This document shows, piece after piece, positions 1 through 10,294 of a stretch of DNA of 64,000 nucleotides. Position 1 is the first letter of the stretch. Each line of letters starts with the position of its first letter. The notes beneath the pieces were generated by a model, which saw nothing but the letters and a program-made list of their open reading frames with translations, ran no database searches and was not told where the DNA came from. Source of the stretch: Candidatus Tayloriibacteriota bacterium (GTDB lineage: Bacteria; Patescibacteriota; Minisyncoccia; Phycocordibacterales; PALSA-1337); contig JANNAN010000007.1 in NCBI GenBank assembly GCA_031384385.1, positions 10,236 to 74,235 on the forward strand. Direction: 5' to 3'. A program made the translations under genes and the position numbers.

Positions 1-2386
1 TGTTGGACGCTTCCGTTTTAATAAGCGTTTCGGTAAATCAATGGATGAAAAAGAATTAGAAAGAAGAACAATTTCTGCTGACGATATAACAACTGTTATT
101 GCCCATATTGTTCTTTTGAATAATACTCCAGATGCAGTTGAAGATGATATTGATCATCTAGGTTCAAGACGCGTTAGATATGTTGGAGAACTTCTACAAC
201 AAAAACTGCGTGTTGGTATGACACAGATGAAAAGAAATATTCAGGACAGAATGTCTACGGTTGAACCAGATGTAACTCTTCCTGTAAATTTTGTTTTTCC
301 AAGACCATTACAAGCTCGTATAAAAGAATTTTTTACTACAAATCAGCTCTCACAATTCATGGGACAGGAAAATGTTCTATCAGAAATTGAAAATCTTAGA
401 AAACTTACAGCTCTAGGTCCAGGAGGGCTTACAAGAGAGCGTGCAGGTTTTGAAGTTAGAGATGTTCATCCTTCTCACTATGGAAGAATTTGTCCTATTC
501 ATACACCAGAAGGTCCAAACATTGGTCTTATTCTTAACCTTGCAACTTATGCCAGAATAAATGATTTTGGAATGATTGAAACTCCATATGCAAAAGTTAA
601 AAATGGAAAAGTTACAAAGGATATTGTTTATCTGAATGCATTAGAAGAAGAAGGATATAGAATTGCTCACGGTGCTATTCCATACGATGCATCTGGAAAA
701 ATTACAGAAGAAGAAGTTGAAGTTCGTATCAATGGTAAACCAGGTCTAGCAAAAGCAGACGATGTCGACTATATTGATGTATCAACAAATCAAGCATTTT
801 CAATTGCAACTTCTCTTATTCCATTCCTAAATCACGACGATGCAAACAGAGCACTCATGGGATCTAATATGCAAAAGCAGGCAACACCATGTTTAGTCCC
901 AGAAGCGCCACTAGTTGCTACGGGAATTGAAAAACAAGCAGTTATTGATACAGGACGCATTGTTCTTGCACCAGAAGATGGAGAAATTACATATGTTGAT
1001 GCAAAGAAGGTTATTTTTACAGGAAAAAAGAATGGAAAGAAAGAATACGATCTGGTTCATTTCTCAAGAACAAACGGATTCACTGCATTTCATCAGAGAC
1101 CTATTGTTAGTCTTGGAGATAAGGTAAAGAAGGGTGATGTTCTTGTAGATACATCTACTTCAGATAATGGAGAAATAGCTCTAGGGCAAAATATGCTAGT
1201 GGCATTTATGTCATGGTCTGGAAACAATTATGAAGATGCTATTATTCTTTCAGAAAGAGTTGTTAAAAATAGTAAATTTAGTTCAATTAACATTGAAGAA
1301 TTTGTAGTTAATGTTCGTGATACAAAATTAGGTCCAGAAGTTACAACTTGTGATATTCCAAATGTTGGAGAAGCAAAACTTAAAAATCTAGCAGAAGATG
1401 GAGTTGTCAGAGTTGGAGCAGAAGTAAGACCTGGGGATATTCTTGTTGGTAAAATTTCACCAAAGGGAGAAACTCAACTTACTCCAGAAGAAAGACTTTT
1501 GAGATCAATTTTCGGCGAAAAAGCTCGTGATGTAAAAGATACATCAAAAAGAATGGAAGGAGGAAAGAGAGGTCGTGTTATTTCAGTAAAGATTTTTTCA
1601 AGAGAAAAGGGAGATAAACTCGAATCAGGAATTATAAAAAGAATTTATATTGAAGTTGCTGAATTAAGAAATGTTTCTGTTGGAGATAAACTTGCTGGAC
1701 GACACGGAAACAAAGGAGTTATTTCAAGAATTCTTCCAGAAGAGGATATGCCATATATGGAAGATGGAACTCCAGTAGATGTTATTCTAACTCCACTTGG
1801 AGTGCCTTCTCGTATGAATCTTGGACAGATTCTAGAACTTCACTTAGGTCTTGCTGCACACACATTAAATTATCAAGCGATTGTTCCACCATTTACAGGT
1901 GCTACTGATGTAGAAATAAAAGAAGAGCTTGTAAAAGCAGGATTTGATGCATCAGGAAAAATGAAATTAAGAGATGGAAGAACTGGTGAACATTTCGATC
2001 AACCAATTGCTGTTGGATATATGTATATTTTGAAACTTCATCACATGGTTGAAGATAAAATCCATATGCGTTCAATTGGTCCTTATTCACTTATTACACA
2101 ACAGCCACTTGGAGGTAAGGCTCAAGGAGGAGGACAGAGATTTGGAGAAATGGAAGTCTGGGCACTTCTTGGACACGGCGCGGCTTATACATTGAGAGAA
2201 ATACTAACGATTAAGTCCGATGATATACAAGGTCGTTCACAAGCATTTGATTCGATTGTTAAGGGAGAAAGATTGAAACAACCAAACTTGCCAGCATCAT
2301 TTAATGTTCTTCTAAAGTCATTGAGAGGTCTAGCATTAGATGTCGAATTGATTAAAAAGAATAGAGATGAAGAAGAAACCGAATAA
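1..2386 (+). CDS. rpoB: DNA-directed RNA polymerase subunit beta, C-terminal ~780 aa (5' end lies upstream of the window)
   Basis: The reading frame is open from base 1. The translation shows RpoB regions (GPNIGLI, NMQKQA, GDKLAGRHGNKGVISRI, the C-terminal GGQRFGEMEVWAL motif). rpoC follows immediately. Confidence 0.95.
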   Translation, partial: VGRFRFNKRFGKSMDEKELERRTISADDITTVIAHIVLLNNTPDAVEDDIDHLGSRRVRYVGELLQQKLRVGMTQMKRNIQDRMSTVEPDVTLPVNFVFPRPLQARIKEFFTTNQLSQFMGQENVLSEIENLRKLTALGPGGLTRERAGFEVRDVHPSHYGRICPIHTPEGPNIGLILNLATYARINDFGMIETPYAKVKNGKVTKDIVYLNALEEEGYRIAHGAIPYDASGKITEEEVEVRINGKPGLAKADDVDYIDVSTNQAFSIATSLIPFLNHDDANRALMGSNMQKQATPCLVPEAPLVATGIEKQAVIDTGRIVLAPEDGEITYVDAKKVIFTGKKNGKKEYDLVHFSRTNGFTAFHQRPIVSLGDKVKKGDVLVDTSTSDNGEIALGQNMLVAFMSWSGNNYEDAIILSERVVKNSKFSSINIEEFVVNVRDTKLGPEVTTCDIPNVGEAKLKNLAEDGVVRVGAEVRPGDILVGKISPKGETQLTPEERLLRSIFGEKARDVKDTSKRMEGGKRGRVISVKIFSREKGDKLESGIIKRIYIEVAELRNVSVGDKLAGRHGNKGVISRILPEEDMPYMEDGTPVDVILTPLGVPSRMNLGQILELHLGLAAHTLNYQAIVPPFTGATDVEIKEELVKAGFDASGKMKLRDGRTGEHFDQPIAVGYMYILKLHHMVEDKIHMRSIGPYSLITQQPLGGKAQGGGQRFGEMEVWALLGHGAAYTLREILTIKSDDIQGRSQAFDSIVKGERLKQPNLPASFNVLLKSLRGLALDVELIKKNRDEEETE

Positions 2387-2419
2387 TTGCAATCATAATC
2401 ATAATTAATATAAAAAACT

Positions 2420-5400
2420 ATGAATAATCCAATAAAAAGAAATAGTGATCCTCAGGATTTTGATGCAGTGAAGCTCGGTGTTGCTTCTCCAGAAAAAATC
2501 TTAGAATGGTCATTTGGTGAAATTACAAAGCCAGAGACAATTAACTACAGAACTCAGCGTTCAGAAAAGAACGGTCTTTTCGATGAAAAAATCTTCGGTC
2601 CAGATAAGGACTATGAATGTTACTGTGGAAAATACAGAGGAATTCGTTATAAGGGAATTACTTGTGAAAAATGTGGAGTTGAAATAACCAGATCAATAGT
2701 TCGTAGAGAAAGAATGGGTCATATTGAATTGGCAACACCGGTATCACATATTTGGTTTTTGCGTTCAATGCCTTCAAGAATTGGTTTGATTCTTGGAATG
2801 ACAACTTCGAGTCTTGAGAAGGTTGTTTACTTTGCTGGATATATTGTCACAAAGATTCATCAAGGTGAAAAAGATTCATTTTTAAAAGAACTTGATTCAG
2901 AATTCAAAACAAAAGTAAAAGCAGCTCAAGATGAAAAAACTAAGGAAGCTTTGAAAGAGCTTGTTACTACAGCTCGAAAAGAAATTGAAAGTCTAGAACC
3001 AGGATTTGTGATGGATGAAGTTGTTTATCATAAATTCTCAATGAAATATGGTTCATTATTTGAAGCAAATATTGGCGCAGAAGCTATATTTGATATTTTA
3101 AAGAAAACAGATCTAAATAAATTACTTGCACAATTAGAAACAGAATTACAAAAAGCAGGTGCTCTTGATAAAGAAAAACTTTCAAAAAGAATTTCATTGA
3201 TTAAGTCAATGATTAAATCTGAAATTCGACCAGAATGGATGTTTCTTACAAGAATTCCAGTTATTCCACCAGCATTAAGACCGATGGTGGCTCTTGATGG
3301 AGGTCGTTATGCTACTTCAGATGTGAATGATCTTTACAGAAGAGTTATAAATCGAAATAATCGTCTTTTGAAATTAAAAGAAATTGATGCTCCAGATGTT
3401 ATATTGAGAAATGAAAAAAGAATTCTACAAGAAGCTGTTGATGCGCTTATAGATAATTCAATTCGTCACGGCGCAGCTACAGGTGCTGCTGCTATTCAAG
3501 CCCAAAAGCGTGCATTGAAATCTCTTTCAGATAATCTAAAGAGCAAGAGAGGTCTATTTCGTCAAAATCTTCTAGGAAAGCGTGTGGACTATTCAGGACG
3601 ATCTGTAATCGTCGTAGGTCCAGAGCTTGCTCTTGATCAATGTGGCCTTCCAAAACATATGGCATTAGAATTATTCCGTCCATTTGTTATTTCAGGACTA
3701 TTAAAAAGAGAATTAGCATACAATATTCGTGGCGCGGGAAGACTTATTGATGATGGTTCAAAAGAAGTTTGGGAAATTCTAGAAGAAGTTATTGCAGGTA
3801 AATATGTTCTCCTAAACCGTGCTCCTACTCTACACAGACTTGGTATTCAAGCTTTCAGACCAACTTTGATTGAAGGAAATGCTATTCAAGTTCATCCACT
3901 CGTATGTACAGCTTTCAATGCTGACTTTGATGGAGATCAAATGGCTGTCCATGTTCCACTTGGAGTTGAGGCTCAATTAGAGGCAAAAGAAATTATGGCT
4001 TCTGATAAAAATATATTAAAGCCTGGAAATGGAGATCCTACAGTTGTAGCAAAGTTGCTTGATATTGTGCTTGGATGTTTTTGGATAACAAAGACAGTTG
4101 AAAATGATAAGGGAGAAGGTAAAATATTCGAAAGTCCTGAGGCGGCACTTATCGCTCACAATTATGGTGAAGTAACTTATCGTGCAAAAATTAAAATTCT
4201 TCCAACGGATTGCGAAAAGTTCGCTAAATTTGAAGGTAAAATATTTGAGACTACAGTTGGACGCCTTTTATTCAATGATATGTTGCCACCTGACTATCCT
4301 TTCATAAATAAGGAAATTGATAGAAAAAAATTATCAGCAATTATTGATGATTTAATTATTTCTCATGGTCTTGATAAAATTCCAGCTATCTTAGATGGAA
4401 TTAAAACATTCGGATTCAAGTACGCCACACATTCAGGAACAACTTGGGGTATTGATGATGTTGTTATTCCAGTAGGAAAGAAAGATGTAATAGCAAAAGC
4501 GAAAGCACATTCAGAAGAAGTAATGGGTCAATATAATGAAGGACTTTTGACTGATGAAGAAAGAATTAGAAAAAATATTGAAATTTGGCACAAAGCAAAG
4601 AATGATGTTGAAAAATTAATTCCTGGCTCACTTGATAGAATGGGATCTGTTTACGATATGGTTAATTCTGGAGCAAGAGGATCATATTCACAGATTACAC
4701 AGATGGCAGGTATGAAAGGTCTTATTGCATCTACTTCTGGAGAAACCATTGAATTTCCAATTCTATCTTGTTCAAAAGAAGGTCTAACACCTATTGAATA
4801 TTTCATTACAACTCACGGTTCAAGAAAAGGTCTAACCGACACAGCTTTGAATACAGCTAAGGCTGGTTATCTAACAAGAAAACTATTCGTAGTTGCTCAA
4901 GATGTTATGGTGAATGAAGATGATTGTGGTACAAAAGATTCAATAATTATAAAGAGACAAACAGCATCAGGTATTAATATTCCACTTTCAAAGAATATTA
5001 GAGGGCGTGTACTTTCAGAAGATTTGATTGGTGATAAGGGTGATGTCTTATTTAAAAAGAATCATCTTCTAACAAAACTTGAAGCAATGAAAGTTGAAGA
5101 AACTGGAGTTACAGAAGTACATGTAAGATCCCCTCTTTCATGTAAAAGTGTTCGTGGTGTTTGTGCTCAATGTTACGGAGTTGATTTGGGAAGAAATAAA
5201 CTTGTAGAACTTGGAGAAGCCGTGGGAACAGTTGCAGGTCAAGCTATTGGAGAACCGGGAACACAATTAACAATGCGTACATTCCATGCGGGAGGTACAG
5301 CTTCAGTTGGCGGAGATATTACTCAAGGTTTACCAAGAGTTGAAGAAATTTTTGAAAAGAGAAGACCAAAGAATCCTGCGGTTGTTGCTACAGTTACAGG

Positions 5401-6097
5401 AACAGTTACAGAGGTAAAAGATCTTGGAAAAGAAAAAATAATTAAAATTATGCCAGAATTAGAAGATCGGGCTAAAGGTCATAAGGCAAGTGAAGTAGAA
5501 TATTCTTTTCATCCAAAGCGTATGTCTCTTATAAAAATTGGTGATAATGTAAATAAGGGAGATCTAATAACAGATGGTTCTGCTGACATCGATGAAGTGT
5601 TTGAATTCGGTGGAGCAGAGAAGGCGAAGGACTATGTTATTAGTGAAGTTGGAAAGATCTACGAACTTCAAGGAGAAACTGTGGCAAGAAAGCACATTGA
5701 AGTTATTGTGAAGCAAATGTTCTCAAGAAGAAAAATTACACTTGCAGGAGATACAAATTTTGCAGAAGGTATGATTATTGATGATACTTATCTTCGTGAA
5801 GAAAATGATAAGGCAAAGGAAAAAGGTGGTTCAGTAGCAAAAGCTGAGGCAGTAGTTATGGGAATTACAGAAGTTTCTTTATCAAGAAAATCTTTCCTTT
5901 CAGCGGCTTCATTCCAACATACAACTCGGGTTCTTATAAATAGTGCAGTTCGAGGAAGTGAAGACGATCTAATAGGTCTAATGGAGAATGTTATTATCGG
6001 ACGCTTGATTCCAGCAGGTTCAGGATTTGCAGGAAGTCCAAAGCAGAAGATGATTGAAACAGTACAGCCAACAGAGGAGGAAATGAGAGGGTATTAG
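2420..6097 (+). CDS. rpoC: DNA-directed RNA polymerase subunit beta'
   Basis: 1225 aa with an N-terminal Zn-binding CxC..CxxC segment (YECYCGKY...CEKCGV), the catalytic NADFDGDQM motif and the C-terminal trigger loop/jaw. It lies 34 nt after rpoB. Confidence 0.95.
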   Translation: MNNPIKRNSDPQDFDAVKLGVASPEKILEWSFGEITKPETINYRTQRSEKNGLFDEKIFGPDKDYECYCGKYRGIRYKGITCEKCGVEITRSIVRRERMGHIELATPVSHIWFLRSMPSRIGLILGMTTSSLEKVVYFAGYIVTKIHQGEKDSFLKELDSEFKTKVKAAQDEKTKEALKELVTTARKEIESLEPGFVMDEVVYHKFSMKYGSLFEANIGAEAIFDILKKTDLNKLLAQLETELQKAGALDKEKLSKRISLIKSMIKSEIRPEWMFLTRIPVIPPALRPMVALDGGRYATSDVNDLYRRVINRNNRLLKLKEIDAPDVILRNEKRILQEAVDALIDNSIRHGAATGAAAIQAQKRALKSLSDNLKSKRGLFRQNLLGKRVDYSGRSVIVVGPELALDQCGLPKHMALELFRPFVISGLLKRELAYNIRGAGRLIDDGSKEVWEILEEVIAGKYVLLNRAPTLHRLGIQAFRPTLIEGNAIQVHPLVCTAFNADFDGDQMAVHVPLGVEAQLEAKEIMASDKNILKPGNGDPTVVAKLLDIVLGCFWITKTVENDKGEGKIFESPEAALIAHNYGEVTYRAKIKILPTDCEKFAKFEGKIFETTVGRLLFNDMLPPDYPFINKEIDRKKLSAIIDDLIISHGLDKIPAILDGIKTFGFKYATHSGTTWGIDDVVIPVGKKDVIAKAKAHSEEVMGQYNEGLLTDEERIRKNIEIWHKAKNDVEKLIPGSLDRMGSVYDMVNSGARGSYSQITQMAGMKGLIASTSGETIEFPILSCSKEGLTPIEYFITTHGSRKGLTDTALNTAKAGYLTRKLFVVAQDVMVNEDDCGTKDSIIIKRQTASGINIPLSKNIRGRVLSEDLIGDKGDVLFKKNHLLTKLEAMKVEETGVTEVHVRSPLSCKSVRGVCAQCYGVDLGRNKLVELGEAVGTVAGQAIGEPGTQLTMRTFHAGGTASVGGDITQGLPRVEEIFEKRRPKNPAVVATVTGTVTEVKDLGKEKIIKIMPELEDRAKGHKASEVEYSFHPKRMSLIKIGDNVNKGDLITDGSADIDEVFEFGGAEKAKDYVISEVGKIYELQGETVARKHIEVIVKQMFSRRKITLAGDTNFAEGMIIDDTYLREENDKAKEKGGSVAKAEAVVMGITEVSLSRKSFLSAASFQHTTRVLINSAVRGSEDDLIGLMENVIIGRLIPAGSGFAGSPKQKMIETVQPTEEEMRGY

Positions 6098-6232
6098 GAG
6101 GAAAAGTTTGTAAGCGCAGAAGTCTTTTTTATGAAACATGTTGAGGAAAAAAGAGCTTGTGCGCTTTAAAGAACTTTTCGTAAGTAATTAAAAGTAACAA
6201 AAGGAGCCCTAGAAACAGGGTTCTTTTTGTGG

Positions 6233-6262
6233 TTGACAAGGGTAGGTTTGATGTGCTATAAT
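6233..6262 (+). promoter_or_regulatory. Sigma70-like promoter: TTGACA-N18-TATAAT with an extended -10 (TGTGCTATAAT)
   Basis: TTGACA at 6233-6238 and TATAAT at 6257-6262, preceded by TGn. It lies ~40 nt upstream of the GTG start at 6303 and is nearly identical to the promoter at 50223-50252. Confidence 0.5.
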
Positions 6263-6302
6263 ATGAGAGTAGTTCGGTAAACAATTTACGAAAGGCAAAA
6301 TA

Positions 6303-6917
6303 GTGAACATTGAAAATTTGATCGGATACGCAGCCATATTCTTCGGAATTATCGGCTCGTGGGGTCTTTATAGACAGACACGGCTTATTTGGAAATCAAA
6401 ATCTGCAGAGTCGGTGTCGGGGGTTTGGGTAATCATCTTCCTTGCGATGTTTGCGAGCTTTCTGATTTATGGTTCGCAACATGGAAGTTTTCCAATGAAG
6501 TTTCAGGGATGGCTAAGGGTTATTTTTTCAGTTCCAGTTACAGTGGGTTTCTACCTTTATGGTAAGCATACATGGAAACATAATGTGCTTGCGATAATTT
6601 GTGTGATCCTACTTGTAACAATGGAATGGAGAGAGTTTTCCTCGGTAATCTTTCTGGGATTCTCATTCGCGGGAATTGGAAGTTCTTTTCTACAAGCCTA
6701 CACAATCTTTAAGAATCGTTCGAGGGGTAAGGTTGCGGTTGAACTGCAAATTATCTATCTTTCGGCGATTACTTGCTGGTTAGTGTATGCCATTCTTCGG
6801 AAGGACACTCCGCTCCTTGCCGTATCAATCGGTTTTATACTCTCATACTCATCCACAATCGTTATGTGGGTAAAGTATCCAGGGTTGCGGATTTCACAAC
6901 ACCAACTTGCTTCATAG
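6303..6917 (+). CDS. Small polytopic membrane protein with two LAB_N/PQ-loop-like repeats (MtN3-like clan). GTG start. GC-rich relative to neighbours.
   Basis: 204 aa and hydrophobic. Two internal repeats have the pattern G..G...R...W.SK/R...VS..W...F....L.YG. An AAAGG ribosome-binding site lies 9 nt upstream. GC is visibly higher than in rpoC or the downstream genes. Confidence 0.5.
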   Translation: MNIENLIGYAAIFFGIIGSWGLYRQTRLIWKSKSAESVSGVWVIIFLAMFASFLIYGSQHGSFPMKFQGWLRVIFSVPVTVGFYLYGKHTWKHNVLAIICVILLVTMEWREFSSVIFLGFSFAGIGSSFLQAYTIFKNRSRGKVAVELQIIYLSAITCWLVYAILRKDTPLLAVSIGFILSYSSTIVMWVKYPGLRISQHQLAS

Positions 6918-6936
6918 CGGTTGGTGTTTCTTTTTA
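6900..6936 (+). terminator. Rho-independent terminator candidate (CACCAAC...GTTGGTG stem followed by a T-tract)
   Basis: A 7-bp stem at 6900-6906/6920-6926 is followed by TTTCTTTTTA. It overlaps the stop codon of the 6303-6917 gene. Confidence 0.4.
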
Positions 6937-6967
6937 TATTAGAGATTATTTGTGATACAATTTAAAT

Positions 6968-7369
6968 ATGAAAAAGTATGAAAATCTTATTACTTATGGT
7001 GACGAACAGTCCTTGGCTAATGTTGCTTATCACCACGAAGCCCCACTAACTCGATATGTAATGCTTCAAAAAGATAAAGTGGAAGGTGATGGTGGTTTTA
7101 GAGTGGTATCTCATATAATTAATAATTTACCAGAAGTCGTATCTTCTTATTGTGAATTACATTGGCATGATTTTGATGAAATTAATTTGATTCAATCTGA
7201 AGATAACTCTCTTAAATATAAAATTAAATTAGAAGATGAAACTTATGAAGTTATTGCTCCGGCAACTGTCTATATACCAAAAGGAATTAGGCATTCTGCA
7301 GAAGTTATTTCAGGAAGGGGAGTATTTACTGCAATAACTTTTACTAAAAATTATAGGGCGCAACAATAA
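6968..7369 (+). CDS. Cupin-fold protein (hypothetical)
   Basis: 133 aa. Cupin-like motifs are present: HWHDFDE(x)NL and PKGIRHSAE. Confidence 0.5.
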   Translation: MKKYENLITYGDEQSLANVAYHHEAPLTRYVMLQKDKVEGDGGFRVVSHIINNLPEVVSSYCELHWHDFDEINLIQSEDNSLKYKIKLEDETYEVIAPATVYIPKGIRHSAEVISGRGVFTAITFTKNYRAQQ

Positions 7370-7397
7370 AAATCTTTATCAAATCTTTATTCCGTCT
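7369..7397 (+). promoter_or_regulatory. Copy A of a conserved 27-nt intergenic motif (AAAATCTTTATCAwwTCTTTATTCCGTCT)
   Basis: Near-identical copies occur at 24338-24367 and 28497-28518, and in reverse complement at 60793-60821. Confidence 0.5.
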
Positions 7398-7478
7398 TTA
7401 GAGTTTCTTTATCTCGATCTGGTAAAATCCATGGATTATTAGATAAATTATATAAAATATTAATTTAGGCACCAATTC

Positions 7479-7503
7479 AACCTGTTCCAAAATGGAACAG
7501 GTT
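7479..7503. promoter_or_regulatory. Perfect 10-bp inverted repeat with a 5-nt loop (AACCTGTTCC-AAAAT-GGAACAGGTT): hairpin or operator
   Basis: Read directly from the sequence. It sits in the 300-nt gap between the cupin gene and the DinD-like gene, with no clean T-tract immediately after it. Confidence 0.35.
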
Positions 7504-7602
7504 CAAATAGGTGGAATTTTTGTTCACATCTTACAAACACCTTTTAAACAAAAATAAATTAGATATTTATAACTAAATGTTATAATAGGTAAATAAAATT
7601 AA

Positions 7603-7625
7603 GTTGTAAAGAATTTCTTTACAAC
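7603..7625. promoter_or_regulatory. Perfect 23-bp palindrome GTTGTAAAGAA-T-TTCTTTACAAC, a candidate operator 45 nt upstream of the DinD-like gene
   Basis: 11/11 inverted-repeat arms around a single central T. The position is typical of a repressor operator overlapping a promoter. Confidence 0.45.
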
Positions 7626-7669
7626 TACCAAAATCATCTAAATCTATTATTAATCTAATTTATATAAAT

Positions 7670-8491
7670 ATGGAATATAATCAAATTATTTTATTTAAAG
7701 GAAAGAATATAAGGAGAAAATTACATGAAAATGAATGGTATTTTTCTATTGTTGATATTATTAAGGTTTTAACAGATTCAGATAGTCCTAGTGTATATTG
7801 GTCTGTAATGAAAAGTCGATTAGAAACAGAAGAGAAAATTGAACTGTTTACAATTTGTAAACAGTTGAAATTGGAAGCAGAAGATGGAAAGATGCGAGAA
7901 ACAGACTGCGCAAATCCAGAAGGAATCTTTCGTATTATTCAATCGATCCCATCACCTAAAGCTGAACCATTTAAAAAATGGTTAGCAAAGGTAGGATATG
8001 AAAGAATACAAGAAATTGAGAATCCAGAATTAGCCACAAAGCGTACTAGAGCTTTATATAAATTAAAGGGATATTCTGATGACTGGATAGAAAAAAGAAT
8101 GAGAGGTATTGCTATAAGAGAGGAATTAACTGATGAATGGAAAAATAGAGGAGCAAAAGAACAAAGTGATTATGAAATTTTAACGGCAGAAATATCCAAA
8201 GCTACTTTTGGTGTAACTCCAAATGAATATAAAAAATTAAAAGGATTAGAAAAGGAAAATCTTCGAGATTATATGAATGATTTTGAATTAATATTTACTA
8301 TGCTTGGTGAGAAGTCTACCACAGAGATTCATAAAACAGAGGATTCAAAAGGTATTCCAAAACTTAAAGAAGATGCTAAATTTGGTGGCGAAATCGCTGG
8401 TGGAGCAAGAAAGCAATTAGAGAAAAAGCTTAAGAAATCAATTGTTTCTGAGAGAAATTATAAAAATTTAAATAATAAAAAATTGAAGTAA
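7670..8491 (+). CDS. DinD-like (DNA-damage-inducible protein D family) protein, paralog 1
   Basis: 273 aa. The C-terminal region KGLEKENLRDYMNDFELIFTMLGEKSTTEI resembles E. coli DinD (KGLKKNQKILDHMGSTELAANLFRATQTEE). The N-terminal WYFSIVDIIKVL region is also conserved. It is about 50% identical to the ORF at 19644-20474. Confidence 0.65.
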   Translation: MEYNQIILFKGKNIRRKLHENEWYFSIVDIIKVLTDSDSPSVYWSVMKSRLETEEKIELFTICKQLKLEAEDGKMRETDCANPEGIFRIIQSIPSPKAEPFKKWLAKVGYERIQEIENPELATKRTRALYKLKGYSDDWIEKRMRGIAIREELTDEWKNRGAKEQSDYEILTAEISKATFGVTPNEYKKLKGLEKENLRDYMNDFELIFTMLGEKSTTEIHKTEDSKGIPKLKEDAKFGGEIAGGARKQLEKKLKKSIVSERNYKNLNNKKLK

Positions 8492-8548
8492 AAAAGACTC
8501 GATTTTGTCAATCGTGACTTTATGCCTTAATTAGCTATAATGTAATCA

Positions 8549-10291
8549 ATGTCATCTAATGTAGAAAAAATCAAGGAAAGGCTTGGTATTGAGGAAGTAA
8601 TCAGCTCATATATCAAGCTGGACAAAGCAGGGAAAAATTCCAAAGGAAAATGCCCATTTCATAATGAAAAGACCCCATCTTTTTTTGTATCTCCAGATAG
8701 GGGTGGATATTATTGTTTCGGATGTGGAGCTAAGGGAGATATTTTTTCTTTTGTGGAACAATTTGAAGGGTTAGATTTTATGGGAGCTTTGAAACTTTTG
8801 GCGGAAAGAGCCGGAGTTCAACTTGAATTTGATAAAAATACTCAAGAACATAAAAGTGAAAAAGAAAAATTATTAGCGATAATGGAAGACGCCGCAGTAT
8901 TTTTTGAAGGTGGACTAGCACATTCCGAACAAGCTAGAGATTATTTAAAAAAGAGAGGAATTAAAGAAGAAACCGCAAAGAAATTTAGAATTGGATATAT
9001 TCCTGCAGACTGGCGATTACTTTATAATTATTTAATTTCTAAAAAATATTTTGAGAATGATATTGAAAAAGCTGGTTTAATTAAAAAGCCAGAAGCAATA
9101 GATGGTGCAATTCAAAAAGGGTATTACGATCGATTCCGTGGAAGAATAATGTTTCCAATTTCAGATTCAAGTGGAAGAATTGTTGCTTTTTCTGGAAGAA
9201 TTTTAATTGATGATGGAAAGTCTGCAAAATATTTGAATAGCCCAGATACAGTTCTATTTAATAAATCGAATGTGCTTTATGGGATCGATAAGGCAAAGCA
9301 AGATATTCGCATAAAAAATTATTCAATAATGGTCGAGGGTCAAATGGATCTCGTCCTATCTCATCAAGCTGGAATAAAAAATACAGTGGCAGTTTCTGGA
9401 ACGGCATTAGCTGATACTTTGATTACAAAAGATAATGTAATAAATAATTTAGGAATTGTGAAAAGACTTTCAAATAATATTATTTTGGCTTTTGATTCTG
9501 ATAATGCCGGACGAAAAGCAGCAATGAGATCTGCTGGAATCGCATTAAGTCTCGGAATGGATGTAAAAATTGCAGATTTACCAGAAGGGAAAGATCCAGC
9601 TGATCTTGTTCTGACAGATCCAGAATCATGGAAGAATGTATTGCGTAATTCTAAACCTGTGGTAGAATTTCAAATTGATACTGTGCTGAAACAAAAGCTT
9701 GACCCGCGCAAATTGCCACAGGCATTGCGGGACAATGTCCTTCCATTTATTGCTCCTCTTACAGGCGCGATGGAAAAAGCACACTATATAAAGTTAATAA
9801 AGGAGAAAACAGGTCTTTCTGAAGAATCTATCAAAGAAGATTTGAAAAAAGTAGAATCTTTAATGAAAGGTGAAATAGCACAAATTAAAACTCAAGAAGT
9901 TTTAAAATCATCAGCTTCACGCCTAGATTCAATTACAAGAAAACTGTTCGGTCTACTTTATTTTTTAGAAAAAAATCCAATATCTAGTATATCTGTTGAT
10001 AGTCAAAAAACTATTATAAAAGAAATAGCTGGAGAAAAGTATGATAATTTAATAAAAAATACTGAACCATTCAAAGATGGACTGCTCCTTGAAGCAGAAA
10101 TCACTTTTGGTTCAAGTACAAAAGAAATTGAAAAAGATCTCAAAGAGTTATTGATCAATTTTGAAGATGATTTAATAAGAGAAGAATTTAATGAAGTAGA
10201 TTCAAATATCCACTCGGAAGAAACTTATAAAAAGATAAATGAATTAAATAAAAGAAGACTATCATTAGAAAATAAAAAGAAAAATTTATAA
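8549..10291 (+). CDS. dnaG: DNA primase
   Basis: CHC2 zinc finger (CPFHNEKTPSF...CFGCG) and a Toprim domain (EGQMDLVLSHQAG...DSDNAG). It lies immediately upstream of rpoD. Confidence 0.9.
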   Translation: MSSNVEKIKERLGIEEVISSYIKLDKAGKNSKGKCPFHNEKTPSFFVSPDRGGYYCFGCGAKGDIFSFVEQFEGLDFMGALKLLAERAGVQLEFDKNTQEHKSEKEKLLAIMEDAAVFFEGGLAHSEQARDYLKKRGIKEETAKKFRIGYIPADWRLLYNYLISKKYFENDIEKAGLIKKPEAIDGAIQKGYYDRFRGRIMFPISDSSGRIVAFSGRILIDDGKSAKYLNSPDTVLFNKSNVLYGIDKAKQDIRIKNYSIMVEGQMDLVLSHQAGIKNTVAVSGTALADTLITKDNVINNLGIVKRLSNNIILAFDSDNAGRKAAMRSAGIALSLGMDVKIADLPEGKDPADLVLTDPESWKNVLRNSKPVVEFQIDTVLKQKLDPRKLPQALRDNVLPFIAPLTGAMEKAHYIKLIKEKTGLSEESIKEDLKKVESLMKGEIAQIKTQEVLKSSASRLDSITRKLFGLLYFLEKNPISSISVDSQKTIIKEIAGEKYDNLIKNTEPFKDGLLLEAEITFGSSTKEIEKDLKELLINFEDDLIREEFNEVDSNIHSEETYKKINELNKRRLSLENKKKNL

Positions 10292-10294
10292 TAT

